From NCBI RefSeq assembly GCF_038025025.1, contig NW_027117338.1:434001-498000 (forward strand): 64,000 nt of DNA, in the 5' to 3' direction. Shown here piece after piece: positions 25,586 to 39,860 of the stretch (positions are counted from its first letter, which is position 1; every line of letters begins with the position of its first letter). The stretch comes from Phyllosticta citribraziliensis. Its lineage: Eukaryota. The notes beneath the pieces are model-generated. The model saw only the letters and a program-made list of their open reading frames with translations, was not told the origin of the DNA and made no database searches. Made by a program: the position numbers and the translations under genes.

Positions 25586-26974
25586 ATGCGGACAATCAAC
25601 CGCCTCCATGCCATCGTCTTCCTCGGAATTTGCTCCCTGGTCTACGTAGGCTGGGTCTTGCCCACATTGCGCGTGCAGAGCCGCTTTCAAAAGGTCCTTT
25701 CAGGCTCGCGGAGTCGTTTGGTCGTCTTCGGAGATTCGTATTCAGACACCGGGGTATACAAGGTCGCAGTTCCCAAGACAAACCCTCAGGCCAATGCCAG
25801 TCACCCGCTGTGGACCGAGGCTTTGTGTGCAGAGGTAGGCTTCGGCGCGTCGCATTGACCTCTCATGACACGGACGCTGATTGCGTAGCTGCTGTGCGAT
25901 TCGCTCGACAACTATGCTCGCTCCTCGGGCTCGCTGGACTTCAAAGCCCACCCAGACGCGCTCGTAGATACTGACGTCGTCGCCAATGTCACCAACCAAA
26001 ACCCCTCCAATGCAAAGTTCAAGGCCGACTTTGGCATGCAGGTCCAGCGCTGGATCAACTCTGAGCAACAACGCCTGAATCGCACCGCCGTCCAAGAAAG
26101 AACCGTCTTCACCGTCTTCTTTGGCATCAGCGATGTCTGGCAATTCGTGGGCTTGGAGGACAAAGAGGCTCACGAAGGAGTCCGTCAGAGCATCCGGACC
26201 CTCTTTGCCCAGCTTGACGTAATAGCCCAGTTCATGCGCAAACCGATCCAGGTCGTCCTGCCGCACATCCCCGACATTACGTTCCTCCCTGCCTTTTCCC
26301 AGCAACCAGAGGGTCCCTTTCCCACGTACCAGCGATCTGCCGTCTTCTTGGTCGAAAAGTGGAACACGGAGCTAGAGCGGGCGGCCCGGGAATTCGTTGG
26401 TGGGAGCATTCATCTGCTCTCCATGAACAAGTGGCTGCTGGAAATGCTCCGCGAGCAGCAAATGTACACGATCGGCATTGCAGATGAGAACGGCGATGGC
26501 AAGCGGGCTCCGACCTTTACTGAGACCACCAACCCATGCCTGCCTCTGCCGGTAACTGGGGCTCAGTACCCATTCGACATGGACGATGCCGATAGCAACC
26601 GGACCGAGCCCTGCACCGACCCGTCCCAATACCTGTTTTGGTGAGAATTTTTTGCCTGCCACAATACGTGTCCAAAGATACGGCTGTTCCCCTGGGTGCA
26701 ACCGGAGTGCTTGGAGCTGCCATGTCTTTGGACACCTACTGCGCCGCCATCTGCTTTTTGATTGATCTTGTGCTGACGCTGTCTCAGGGACGGCATGCAT
26801 CTTTCCAGCAAAGCCCACCGGCTCCTAGCCTTGGAAGCGGCTGACCTCGTGAGCCACAACGACACGTTCAACCTGAACGCGCTGCGCAAACACGAGCAGG
26901 AGCTGGCCGAGAAAAAGGACAAGGACAAGAAGCCAGGCGAGGCAGAAATGGATTCAACGAATTCCGAGTCGTAG
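25586..26974 (+). CDS. SGNH/GDSL-type esterase/lipase with N-terminal signal anchor, 3 exons (introns ~25834-25888, 26642-26787)
   Basis: Block I 'VVFGDSYSDTG' and block V 'YLFWDGMHLS' across the last splice junction; hydrophobic N-terminus. Confidence 0.82.
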
Positions 26975-27612
26975 GCGTTTCTTCAGCACACTTACATGTT
27001 CATGGGCATTTCTTTGGAGTTTCCGGGTGCTTTGCGCTGTTGTCTGAGATACCCATTCAAGTTTCAGCATCTTCTGGCGTTGGCATGGACTGTTGCGGCC
27101 GCATTCCGACCAAGCGGCGCACAATTCCCAGAGTTTGGGCGTTTGTATGCATTGTCTCAAATCAGTCTCCTTTATTCTCCCCCTCCTTGCATTTGCTCCC
27201 GCCTGAGGAATGTTTGAGGCTGGAGCTCGCGCGCTAAAAAATGGCCGCTTCTGGGCGTCGTCGTCGGCTGGTCAAAGAATCCGTCGTCCAGGTCATCGCG
27301 AACAGCGCGGCTTCCCGCACCTGTCTAGGATAACAGCATGCGCCAGACCGCTCCGCCGCGCTCAAACAAAGAAATTCCGCCGCGAAGAGCTGGCGCCATA
27401 ATAGACACAAAGTATCTCGTCGAGGTCATGTCTTTGACTAGCGCCGCCCTATTCACCATTCAGCGCCGTGGATATTGTCCAAGTCTTCAATCTGGATGTC
27501 TATCAAGGCCGGCCCTCGCCCCCTGAAAACACAACAACTCGAGCTCTGCTGCCCCAGGCTTCGTTTGCTCTTGCATCGACCTTGACTTCCCCGGCCAGCT
27601 GAAGAGATAGAA

Positions 27613-30130
27613 ATGTCAGATCCCTCCTCGTCCCACCAGGTCTCGGGAAAGAGTGATAGGACCACCCGCAACAACAAAACATCAACGGCTGTGTCCACCC
27701 GCTCACGCCGAACAGCCAGCCCATCTCAATCGAAACAGGACGATGGTCCGCTGACACCAGAATCCCCACCCTTTCGCTTGACACGAAAGCGTGCTGCCTC
27801 GCTCGTCGACAGGACAGAAGAGATGGACATGCAGGAAACTGAGGCGGCACCTGTGCCCGGCACACACTCTCGCATCAACTCTGCTAGCTCTTTGGTGTCG
27901 TCTGATGGCTCGACTGCGAACCACGTTTGCCTATGTCAGCCCGACCCCAAGATTCCGCGACCGAGGAACGGTGAGTGATGGCTCTTTATCTTTCTGCTTG
28001 TCTTTTGAGCAAATATAGCTCGCTCCATCCCTTTGTTCTGGCGACGCCCTGGCGTGGAGTCACCCTTTGTTGTTCTTGTTGTTTCGACGGACGCTGACCA
28101 GTGGTTTCTTTGTAGCATTCATACTTTATCGGCAGCATCACCACGCTACCATCGTCGCAGAGAATCCAGGACTCGCAAATCCCGACATATCCAAAATCAT
28201 TGGCGAGCAGTGGAGATCGGAATCAGAGTCCATCAGAGAAGAGTGGAAGAGATTGGCAGACGAAGAAAAGCTCCGCCACCAGCAGCAGTACCCCGAATAT
28301 CGTTACCAACCCCGTCGTGGCGGCCGTCGTTCGAGCGTGTCCAACGCCAGTGGTACAGCTGAGAAACACCCTTGCACCAAGTGCGGTGGACGGAGCATTA
28401 CGACGCCTACGACGCCTTTTGGTACAGCCCCAGGGAACGCTCCGACACCTATGCTTCCTCCGCCAACACCTTCTTCGGCCTTGACCCCCACATCGCGCTA
28501 CCTTCCACCGATGATGAGCAACTTAGCCATCAATGCCAACGGACAGCCTCGTCGCATCCGACACACACCTGCTGCCATAAGCATTGGTCGAATCCCCGAA
28601 GACCGCGATGTTCAAATGCTCAGCCCCCTGTCCCCTGATGCAAAGCGGCGCCGCTACAACTCGGGGTATGTGCCTCAATCGGCGCGTCCAGGCCCAGGGA
28701 CGCCATACCCTTTTCCCCCAGACCCAAGGCGACAGTCTCTGCCAGCTGTTCGTCCAGAGGTGCTGCGTGGGCCGTCTCCTCGATCCTCGGCCTCGCCCGC
28801 CGTCCACCACGTCCAGCAACACCACCACCACCCAGACAGCAACCTCACGCTGCCTCCGCTGCAAACCACGGCGAACAACAGCCCGCGGCCAGGCACGACG
28901 GCCGCACCAGCCACGGCGCACCCGAATGGCGTCATGGCCATGGCGGACCCGCGCAGCGTCGAAGCTATGGTCATGAGTATGCCGTTCTGGGGGAAGCTCC
29001 GCATCCTGGGCAAGATCTCGCCACCGTACGGGACGCACGTGGGAGGAGGCGGTTCTCCAACATCGTCGTCTCCGCGCGGTGCCATCATCGCCGTCGAGGG
29101 CGACGACCGCGCCGTCGTGCAGCAAATGGCCGAGTGGCTGCGCGACAACCTCAACAAGGGCGGCGAGCTGGACGCGCGCGTGGCAGAGCCACCGCGTGGA
29201 CCGCCCGAACGCAGCGATAATGGTAGCAGCGATGCCGCCGATGTCAGTCTGGGCGCGTACATTGGCCTCGTGGCTGAGTGGCATGCGAAGAATGCCGAGA
29301 TGGTCGACTTCATCACGGGGCATCAGTCGGCGGCCAACAAGCAGCAGCACCACCACCACCACCACGACGCTGGCAGTGAAATCGACAGCGGCACGTCGCG
29401 CAGCAACTCTCTCGCGGCGTCGCCGGCGTCGGCGTCTGTCTCGTCGCCGACCGACTCGGCCATGGAAGACGCGCCTCAATCGCAGTCCAACACGACTAAA
29501 CAGCTGACGGCGCACAAACCCGGCAAACCGCCCTCTTCTTCCCAGCCCAACAACACCAACATCGCTACCACCACTGCCGCCGCCACTGGTGCTGCGACAG
29601 GCAGTAAGTGCAACGGCCGCACACCCATCCTCATCCTCCCCAGCTTCACCCTCTCGGCCGCCAACGCCTGGGCCGCCCGCATCCCCATCGCCGACGCCTA
29701 CTCGCCCGCCGACCACTGGCAGTGGCTCGCCACGCTGTGGCGCGGCATCGTCGGACCGGACGTCACCGTGTACGTCGCCGACGCGCCCGCCTCGTCGTCG
29801 CCTTCCGCTTCCACTTCCGCAGGAGGTGCCGCTTTCGCTGGCGCGGGCATGCAGACCCCTGGCCTCCCCCCGCCGTCCGGCATGGGGTTCGGCGCTGCTG
29901 CTGCTGCTGCGGCGGCGGCGGCGGCGGCGGCGAGACCGGTTGAGGTGCGTGAGGAGGGCGTCACGCGGTGCGTCGTCGTGAGGAGGGAGCGGCGGGCGAG
30001 CGCTGTCAGCGTCGGGAGTGCGGCGAGCGGTGCTGGTGGCGGCGGCGCGGGAATGGGCATCGACGAGAGCGCGCTCAGGCGGCTGGGGTTCGAGGTTGAG
30101 GAGCTGGTTAGGTGTAGCGTTGGTAGGTAG
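27613..30130 (+). CDS. HMG-box transcription factor (Rox1-like), intron ~27971-28115
   Basis: 'KIPRPRNAFILYRQHHHA...NPDISKIIGEQWR...YPEYRYQPRR', plus the C-terminal 'PIADAYSPADHWQWLATLWRGIVGPDVTVYV' region that I recall from Pezizomycotina homologs. Confidence 0.9.
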
Positions 30131-30958
30131 GGAGATTGTGGGGGAGGGGTTAGGGGGTAGGGGGTACGGGGATTCTGATGGGGGGGGACGCGCTGTTTCG
30201 TCGTCATTTTTTGCTTCTCCGCTTCCTTTCTGTCCCTTTCCTCTTCTTTTTTTTCTTCTCCTTTTCTTCTCATCCGGTGCCGCTCGCTTGGTCAGTGAGC
30301 AGTGCGCACTTTTAAACCACTTCCTGTTGGCAAACTGCGTGTGTGTGTTCGCAGCGTTCTCACACGAAAGACCGGATTGTTTCAGCACCGGCCGGCTGGC
30401 TGGGTACATGTAGTAGAGGAGACGGACGGGGTGGTACATATATTGGCAGATAGGCAGACAAACAGGCGGGTAGGTAACTAGGAGAGAGGGAAAATTGCTG
30501 TTTCTCGTTGTGTATGCATGTCTCTTGTATGCGTTACGGTCGTGACATGTAAAACTGCTTCGGCAGGATGAAGCTTCGCTCATCGTTACTATTGTTGTAC
30601 AGGTTTGAATGCTTGATACTTCTCTCGGCTGCCGGGTAAAGGGTATCCTCTCCTGTCCTATCCCTATTTCCGCACACCTGACTTGTCTCTTGGTGAGCCA
30701 GCCTCAATTAACATGCATTGACTAGCTTGCAAAGCCACGCTTGCTTGCTTGCTCAATCGCTCGCGCTTCTCCCGAGCCGCAAGGAAACGTACCGCGCGGT
30801 ACACGGCGTCCATCATTCGGATGCTCGTCCATCCGTCCATCTGCGCGGTTTCTTCGTTCGTTCGAGTCCATCAAGACAAGACACACCCCGCCTGACCCGA
30901 ATCCGAGTCGCCTTCTCGCTCCAGACCCGACCAGGTACATACGTTGCCACTACTACTC

Positions 30959-32430
30959 TTACACGCCACGCCAGTTGCCATCCAGCAGGCCGCCGATGAG
31001 CGAAAACCCGACGCCCGACGACTGCGCCGTCGTGAGGCCCGTCCAGTTCGTGTCGTCGACGAGCCAGGGGCCGAAGAAGCCGATCCACGCAAAGGTCCAC
31101 ACGGCACCGAGACACTTGAGCCACGTCGGCGGGGGCGCATCATCCTTCTGCTTCTCACCCCCCTTCTCTGCACCTTCTGCTGCTGCGCCCTTCGTGCCGA
31201 TGATGCCGGTAAACTCGCCTACCACCTTGGCGGCATCCTCGAGTACGAAGCCGAGCTCTTGCGCGAGGAAGAAGGGGATGGTCGCCGTGAAGCGGACGTG
31301 CGGGAGGACGGCCTTGTTGGCGAGCCAGTGGAAGAGGCCGGATTGCAGGAAGGCGAGGCCGGACTGGACGTGGCGCGAGGCGAAGGAGCCGCGGCGGAGG
31401 TGCAGCACGTTGCGGGCGAGCACCAGGCCGGGAGTTTGGAGGTACCGCCGCATGTTCTGGTGCCACGTTCGTCCCCAAAACCTCCTTAGGCTGTGCGGGT
31501 GAGTCAGTGGGATACGTGCTACTTGGAGATAAGGTATCCTGTGGGGAGCTTTACCTGTAGCACTGGCTCAGTGGACCCAGCATCGGCACCCACAGCTGCT
31601 TGTCCGTCCAGCCGAGCCGCGTCGTCAGGCAGAAGGCACAACACGCCCAGTACGTCAGCTCCATGAAGGTGCCGGCTTGGGTGCCGGCCAGCAGCACGCC
31701 TGCCATGGCTTGCCACGCTGGCATCGCCGCCAGCCGCTGCGTTCCGTGCGCCGTCAGCTTGCTGAACAGATACGCCGCCGCGTCGTGCGTCAGGTACAGC
31801 TGCAGCACGCGCGAAAGGGCGCAGCTATAGAATTGGGACGGCGGGAAGCTGGCTGGAATGTGCGGCGCTTGGTAGGACCATCCAATGCCGCGCAGGTTGC
31901 GCGTTGCTTCCACACACCAGTAGAACTTGTTGAGAGGCGATAGGTGGGAAAAGGCGTAGATGGGCGTCGTGGACGTGGTAAGTTGGTCATCTGCCCGCTC
32001 TTTCTTTCCTTGGTCTTCAGCTTCTTCGCCAGACGAGACGGGCGATGGCGGTGCCTTGGCCGCGGCATCATTGGCCTTGGTCTGCGCAGAAGTGGTGACG
32101 CTCTGCTGGAAGGGTGGTCTCAGGCGGACGAATTCAGAAAACGGGTCCTTGAGCATGAGCAGCACTTGCTGGCTCAAGAGGACGTAAACGATAGCTGGGA
32201 GGTCGTTAGTCCAAAGGCTGTATACTTTGATATTGCAACTCACAAGCGGAAAAGGCAAAGTCGTCCGAGTGGACATTGCTGCGAGGAACAAAGAAGACGA
32301 CTGCCAAAAAGAGGGCGATTGATGCGAGACAGACGGTAAAGCGCAGATGCTGGGGCAAAAAGTGGGCAAGCCAGAAGGAGACGGGTTCAAGCGCCGATGC
32401 GACGGGCATAAAGGTAATCCAGTGGACCAT
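30959..32430 (-). CDS. Wax synthase / MBOAT-2 (TRI7-like) membrane O-acyltransferase, about 3 exons
   Basis: 'NLRGIGWSYQ', 'PMLGPLSQCY', 'RRFWGRTWHQNMRRYL', 'AFLQSGLFH', multiple TM segments. 5' end uncertain. Confidence 0.8.
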
Positions 32431-33401
32431 GACGACGCGGCCAACCAACCAGGGGCGAAAGTTGGCGAGGTTCCGGTGGAGGGGAGAGTAGGAGCTTGAC
32501 GTGGTTAAGGGCGTGGGCAGAGCAGAGTATAAGTTATAAGGTTTGCAGGCCGGGACATCCTGGATGGTAACACGAAGATCTGGTGTCACTTCAACGTGCC
32601 GCTCGCCATTTTGGCAAGGCGAGTTCCCGGGTTCCGAGTGCCACTTTGTCCCTGGCGACACGCCGCCATTGGAGAATCGCTTCAGACCGTGAGGTGGTGT
32701 TTGGCGTCCGGGCTAGTCAGGCGTGAAAGGCCGTTTTGGTCTGTTTTCCGCCCCAATTCGGCAGCTTGCGCTGCGCGTGGCCAAGACGGTGCGCCACGGC
32801 GGTTGACAGCTCCCTGACCCAAAGTGCGGTGAAGAGACATGGCGGATGTTGGTTGACGAAGTGGTGAAGACGAAGGTCACTTCGTCACTTGATGTGCGTG
32901 ACATGCGAGATGCTGCCGTCCGGATGCGAGTGAGCCAGCCCGGCCGGCCTGTGCATCACCTCACATCCATCACCACCTCACCTCCTCTCCCTCGCTTTCC
33001 CCGGAACGCGTCCGTCCCATCCGTCAACAACACCACCATCAACCATGAGCATTGTCCTGGGTCGGTCCGCCTCGCAGCCAGGGTTGGCCCGTCCCAGGGT
33101 TTCGCGTCGCGACGTCACCGGCTGGCCGTCAAGCTAGAGCCAATGCAGTCGGGTCAGTCAGGTCAGTCAGGTCAGTCAGGTCGCTTTCACATGTCAAAGC
33201 CACGCCTACGCCTACCACCCTATGCCCTGCCGCTGGCCTGGCTGACCACGAGGCTCTCGCAACCACGCGCGCTACATCTTTGACCATCTATCGTCCAGCG
33301 CACCGCATCAACTGCTTCGTCCGACTCTGCACCGTCCGCTTCGCCATCACCCGCCCTCGTCCGTCATTGTTGCTTCGCTGCGCGCACATGTTTTCGCCGT
33401 C

Positions 33402-35970
33402 ATGATAGGTAAACACCTCCATCCTCTGCTCGGCCTCTTGTCCGCCACGCGGAACAATGCTAACGCTGCCTGGAGACCACGTACTTGGACGGCCCTCGAT
33501 CAAATTCCGCAAGATCCAGGTCCTCGCCGTCGTCTCCTTTTGGTCCGCCTACCTGTACAGGTACGTTCCCACCGCCTTTGTTTGCTTGGGCCCCACTGAC
33601 TTGAAAAGGGGAAATCGACATGGCCCTCCCATCCTGCGGCGCCTCTCGTCCCTCCTGTCGAAACGCTTGACGACATGGCAAACCGTCATCATCACACTGC
33701 TATGGCTTTACGTCGCCCGAAACTTTGGCAAACTCGTCGGCCTTGAATGCCCAGAGCCTCTGGCCAATCTCTACTCGAGATCATATTTCCGGGCGACATG
33801 GGTTACGACTGCGCTGGACGCTGGCTTTTGGTCCGCCATGCCCATCAGGCGCAAATGGTTGCGGGACCTGTGCTCCGTCATCTTCACCGCGTACTACCTC
33901 ATTTGTGCCGAGCAGGCCGATGAAAAGGTGCGCAAGGTCAGAGCCACGCTGACGGTGGACCACCTGCGCGTCAGCTGGGACAAGGGAACGACGCCCTACC
34001 TCAACTTTTTGACCAACTTGATGCGCCCGCGTCTCATGCGCTACCCTCCCAGAGCCATTCGTATCCCGAGGCCGTCGGGATCATCCTACAAGGATCCCGT
34101 GCAGGGGTGGCTGTACTTTGACGGCCCCGTATCCGCCTTGAAGAACTTCAACAAGGTCGTGCTGGACATTCCTGGAGGTGGCTTCGTGGCCATGACCCCA
34201 CGCCACCACGACGACAAGCTCATTGGCTGGGCAGCCAAGACTGGACTACCCGTTCTCAGCCTCAACTATAAAAAGGCTCCCGAGTATCCCTACCCGTACG
34301 CTCTCAACGAATGCTATGATGTGTACCGCACGATCATTGCGAGCCGGGGTCGATGCCTGGGTCTGTCGGGCGAAACCGTGCCCAAGATTATCGTTGCTGG
34401 AGACAGTGCCGGTGGCAATCTTGCCGTAGGAATGGTGCTTATGATCCTGCAAAGTGGAACTACCGAGCACCGTCGATGGCACGGCGAGCCGTCGCTGCCG
34501 CCCCCAGAGGCTCTGGTCCTAGTCTATCCCGCGTTGGATATGAACATTGGGAATTGGATGACCGACGAGCAGATGGCTTTGATTAGGGACAGAAAGACTC
34601 GCAAGATCAACGACGGGATTCTACGCCGCAAGAGCGACGACTATAGGAAGCTCACCCCAAACACGCCCCATCACTCTGACGACGAGGAGGAGGACGAAGA
34701 TCAAGAGACGCCTCCGGCCAAGTCCGGCGTCCCTAACAAGACCAACGAGGGCAATGCCTCTTCCAAGACTTTGACCGAATCCTCTATGGCAAGGTCTACC
34801 TCAACCGCTGTCCAAATGTCAGCCGCACACACGGGAGTCGACTCTCGAGCGCTGGAACAACGCCTTACAGAGTCTCCCTCTCTTTCTCAGCGTCTGGCCG
34901 AGGCTCCCTCGAGCAAGCCCAAAACCTTCAAGACTCGTCTGGCCATATCGTCCATGATTTCGTACTTTGGCGACCGCATACTGACCCCAGAAATGATGCG
35001 CGCCATGATTGTCTTGTATATTGGACCTCACAATCGCCCAGACTTTTCGACCGACTACTTTTTGTCTCCCCTGCTCGCCCCCGAGTCCCTCCTCGTCAAC
35101 ATGCCCAAGACTTACTTTTTGACTGGAGAGCGCGACCCGCTTGTCGACGACACGGTCATCTTTGCTGGCCGCATCCGACAGGCAAAGGCAGCGGCCTGGA
35201 GAGATCGTAAGGAGCTTGGACTGCTCTCTGCGAGCGAAGCCCGCGCGTTTGTTGACGAAGACCATGTCGAAGTGATTTTGATCCCAGGCATCTCCCACGG
35301 GTTCCTGCAATTTGTCAGCGTCTTTTCGGATGGGTGGCGCTATATCTTCCGCTGCGCTCGCTGGATACGCGAAGTAGCCGACAAAATTGACCGCGATGCC
35401 GCCCGCGCAGCGCGCTCGTCGCTCTCGTCCAAAAACGGCGGCGTGGGCGTCATCCTCAAGCGCTCTTCCGGGCCACGCCACCACTTCCGCCGCTCCACCT
35501 TTGAGTCGTCGGGTGACGACGAACGTCCTCTGGAAATGTCGTTTCCCGGCAAAACACAGTCGGGTGGTGCAAACAGGCACCTTGCGGCAAGAAACGGCAA
35601 CCGCTTCAAACCCGACGCCGACGACGTCTCACCCGGGTGCGCGCGTCATTCCGAAGCCACCGATTACTTTGACGGAGCTCCGTCAGGCAAGCCTGTCAAC
35701 GGCACGCACGAGGACGACGACGACGATGCTGCCAACGGCGACGAAGCAAACGGCGGCACCGCAAACGACACTAACGGCGGTTACGTCAACAGCAACAACG
35801 GTAGCCGTGGCAGAGGTCGCGGTCGCACGGCTGGCAGCGGTCACCGTCCACGCCGAAAGAGCCTCGTCAGCCTGGCAAGCGAGGACGACTTGCTCGGTCG
35901 CCGCATGCGCGGGTTGACGGGCAGTCTGATGCGCGAGGCGGGCCAGATGTACGAACCTGGTAGCCCATGA
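33402..35970 (+). CDS. Hormone-sensitive-lipase family alpha/beta hydrolase, 3 exons
   Basis: Micro-exon ATGATAG|GT joins to 'DHVLGRPS'. Oxyanion motif 'PGGGFV', nucleophile 'GDSAGG', 'DPLVDD', 'GISHGF'. Confidence 0.9.
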
Positions 35971-37463
35971 ATAGGCAGGCGGGCTTTTGATCTTTTGCCT
36001 TGCAGTCGGGACCCTCTTGTCGTTCGCTTCGGCTGCTGTCTTGATGATCTTTTTGCGTCGGTCATGTCGTTTTTGTCCTGACTTTGTTGTTCTCACATTG
36101 TTTCTACGTCATACTCATACTCATCCGTGTTCTTGATGACATCGAGAACGCGCGGCCGGTCTTCATCCTGTCGTATACTTCATGGGCAGGCAGGCAGGCA
36201 GGCAGGCAGTCTGAATAGCTGATCACTTTATGCAAGCGGGGGCACTGGGGGCGTCTGGGATTTCTGTATCACCTCATACAATTGGATTGAAACATTTATT
36301 GGCGTTGAGGTTGTTAGTGGGAAGGAGAGGCTGGGCATCAAATCTACATATCAGAATTATTGATTTTGCTCCTCTTCCTCTTATCACTCACACCTTCAGC
36401 TCATATCTCTCGTTCCTACCCTACACGTCCTCTCGCCTCCTCAAGCGCCACCCCGCTTTAGGCAATATCTTGCTTCTCAGAAAACGTGGTTACTTTGTGT
36501 GGAAAGCAAACGTGTTTCACACTACGGGACTGGGAAAGGACGCATCGTCTGGATTAGCGCAGTGGCACCACTCATAGACCTTCCGTAACTGAAGGAAATC
36601 TGTAACTTAGCTTGCAGGCGACTACATACTGTGAAGGCGTGACTTGTTGTGTTGGCAGCTTGCTGGCTGGCTGGCAGGATGGCTCTTGCCCTGATTGACT
36701 CCCACTCACCCACTTTTCTTTGCCTTTCCGGGACCACACCCCCAAGAAATGACGACTGCGCCAAGAGAGAGGTGATGTTGCATTGGGAAAAGGGAAACCG
36801 AGGGCGAGGGTGTGTGGGGGAGGTACTCCAAGTTTCTCCAACTCCCCTCCAACTTTGCTCCAAGTGCTGACTAATGTGCTCTAGCCGCACCATAGTGATT
36901 GTGTCCAAAGAAATCGACATCCTGAAAATGCCATTGCGATGAAGGAGCATTCATCTGCTGCTGTAGCTGCGCTAAATTAGCAGTCGTTTAATGTTACAGC
37001 TAGATTTGGGGACTTTTAGTTCTTCTTGTTCGGCACCCATTGTGGCACCTTTCCCATTTCCAGCGCCACAGCCCCGTTTTGCGCTGGTCCTCAGCAAGCT
37101 CGCGTCGGACTTGTCCAGGCCCATGTTGGAGAGGGAAGAAGTGGTAATCAGCCATACACCTGGACACATGCATTCGTCATCTTTGCCGGAAAGGTTGTCC
37201 CAAATGCGCTCATCCATCTACCTTTCTGCTGTCTCCCAAGGCTTCAGCGAAGACAGCAATCTGAGCTATGACGACATTGAAGTCGTCATGGTGTGCAAGG
37301 CATTATAAATTGGGTCTGATTTGTCAGGCTACATAGCGATTTCGCTATACCACGGGAGTGTACTTGCAGGCTGTAAGTACATTTACTTCCTGCGCCGCAG
37401 TACTCTCTGTATCGACTAACATCACCACCACCTCCAACACCAGTTGATCAGCACATCACCAAA

Positions 37464-38795
37464 ATGGCTAACAACGTCCTCATCACCGGCGCCTCGGGTT
37501 ACCTTGGCGGATCCTTCCTCGCCGCGTGGGCCCAGTCCAACGTCCAAAACTATCAGACCTTGTACGCGCTAGTCCGATCCGACGACCAAGCCGACAAGGT
37601 CAAGACACTGTACGGCGCCGAGCCCGTCCGCAGCGAGATCACGGAGGAAAGCATCCGCAAGTTGGTTCTGGAAAAGCAAATCAACGTCGTCTTTTACCTG
37701 ATCGACGCGTACTTCGCCAAACGCCAAGTCGCGTTCATCAAGGCCCTCGAGGAGCTCAAGAAGACTACGGGACAGGAGGTGCACTTCGTTCATGTGATTT
37801 GTGTCGTCGGAGGATATGCTGTTCATTTGGGCGCTTTTCTGACTTCTCGGACAATGCTCGACAGACGTCTGGAGCCAAGATGGTTTCTGATATGGCCGGC
37901 GTGAAGATGGACGGGCCTCTGTACGATAACCGTGACGACATCTATGAGATCCATAAAAGCCAGAAGCCTAAGCACTGGGAGCTTGAAGAGGTAAGTGCTC
38001 ATCTGCATCGTTCATCAAGGGATGTGGATAACATGGACACAGGCTGTTCGAACCAACTGCACCGTTGTCGACGCCGGAGAGAAACACAACATCAGAACCT
38101 ACCTCTTCTTTCCCTGCATCGTCTACGGCAAGGGCGCGGGTTTCGGCAACGTCATTTCCATCCAGACGGTCGACACTGTGATTGCCGCACAGGGCGCAGG
38201 CGGAGTATACAGGCCCGGTCGCCCTGGAAAGGTACGTACGCCAAAGCTCTTCCGACTAACTATCTATGCTCTTGGGAAATCTCTCTTTTCTGTTCTGACC
38301 ACGGCAACAGACTTGGCCTGTTTGCCACATCGAGGACAACACGTCGTTGTACATCTCTCTCGCCAAGGCCATCCTCAACGGCTCGAATCCCGACTGCGGA
38401 AAGCACGGCGTCTACCTCGCGTCCTCGGGCTCTGTCGGCTGGGACGACATTTATTCGGCGATGGCCAAAGCGCTGGCAAAGCGTGGTGTCATCAAGGATG
38501 CCACGGTCAAGTACGCCACGGACGATGCGCTACAGGCCATGGCGAACGCGCTCAATGTTCAAAAGCCGTCTGTTGCCGTCAAGATTGGTGGACAGTAAGC
38601 AGTTCCCCCTATCTCCTGAGATGTTGTTGATGCACTCTGGCTAACGAGAAATGTAGATGCAACTTTACTGCCGTCCATGGAAAGGATTTGGGGTGGCAGC
38701 CTAAATATGCCCCCGCTCACATTCTTGAGGCGCTTGATGATGAGGTTGCGCTCATTCTTGAGAACTTGTCTAAGAAGCACAGGGGTATCAGGTAG
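37464..38795 (+). CDS. NAD(P)-binding Rossmann-fold (epimerase/dehydratase-like extended SDR) protein, 5 exons
   Basis: 'VLITGASGYLGG', 'TSGAK', 'PCIVYGKGAGFGNVISIQ', 'WPVCHIEDN', 'LGWQPKY'. Introns are canonical. Confidence 0.82.
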
Positions 38796-39236
38796 TGCTC
38801 TCGCTTGTCGGGACTGTGTCTGTGGTACAGTGACTTGGGCTGGGAGTCGGGGAATCTACTTCAGTGCCGCAGTGGGTGTTGAAGAAATGGTACTTACTAG
38901 GTCCAGCTCCAGTAGCGAAAAAAGGTCCCCGAGTATGCTATGGCAGCGAACGACAGTTTTCTGGCTGTTTCTGTAGCAGTAAGTGAATACCTGTTGGACG
39001 CAACCGCGGTGTTAGAAAGGACCAGTGATTTGAAAGTGCAATACCTCTAAGCTGTCAACATGCAGCCTATAGAGAAAAAGTAGTAACGCTTGGCCCAAGC
39101 AGCACAAGTCAAGGAGTACACCTCTCTCTTCACATACCGCACGCCCACCATTCCCCTGCGACCTTTTAAAACGACAAACTCCTCCAAACAACGCAACAAG
39201 AATGGAGAAATCCGCCCTCGCCTCGTTCCCTCCCGT

Positions 39237-39860
39237 TCACATCGCACTCTCCTGTATAAGCACCGGATTCAGATTGCCAGCCGTCGGCGCCAGCCCATCA
39301 AACCGCGCAAACCGAAACATAGTCGCCCGCATGTGCGGATCATACGGCACCCAAACATTGACCTCGTGGGCCTCAAGCGTCGGCGTCTCGACGTCGACGG
39401 CGGGACCGCCGTCGCCCGACGGGCGCCAGAAGCGCATGTTGACCTCGAGAACGTCGAATGCGCGCAGCGGCTGCATCGTGGCCATGCTGAACGGCGGCTG
39501 GACCTGGGTGGGGCGGTCGGCGTCGCCGGGTTGCTGATCCAGCGCGCGGAAGAGGCGGATCACCGGCGGCAGCTGCGAGCAGATGACGGTGAAGCGCTGG
39601 CGCGGCGGCTCCCGCGCGTCCGCGGGGTTGGCAGGCGGATGGTAGGGGACGCGGTAGGAGGGGGCATTGCGCTGGTGGAGGCGCAGGGTGAGGAGGCTGA
39701 TTAAGTGATTTGGGCCGCCGTGGACGTGCGGCGTTGCTAAGATGTTGTGTTGGACGTCGCCTCGGTAGCTGGTGATGAAGCTACCGTGCTCAAATTCGTT
39801 CATGGATTGGTACGATATGCGCGGCAATGCTGACTCGTAGATGACTGTAAATGCTGCCAT
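39237..39860 (-). CDS. Orphan protein, paralog A (207 aa, intronless)
   Basis: ATG-initiated ORF with GC3 bias. Shares IR[LV]FRA, E[LV]xxx[FY]W and L[AR]PTA motifs with the two neighbouring ORFs. Confidence 0.7.
   Translation of the reverse strand: MAAFTVIYESALPRISYQSMNEFEHGSFITSYRGDVQHNILATPHVHGGPNHLISLLTLRLHQRNAPSYRVPYHPPANPADAREPPRQRFTVICSQLPPVIRLFRALDQQPGDADRPTQVQPPFSMATMQPLRAFDVLEVNMRFWRPSGDGGPAVDVETPTLEAHEVNVWVPYDPHMRATMFRFARFDGLAPTAGNLNPVLIQESAM

Noticed and set aside
27613..30130. HMG-box gene as mating-type MAT1-2-1
   Set aside because: It is too long, has a Rox1-like architecture with a C-terminal domain, lacks the MAT1-2-1 intron in the C-terminal part of the HMG box, and has no APN2/SLA2 neighbours.
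28523..30583. 686-aa minus-strand ORF
   Set aside because: Antisense shadow of the GC-rich HMG-box gene; low-complexity, no motifs.
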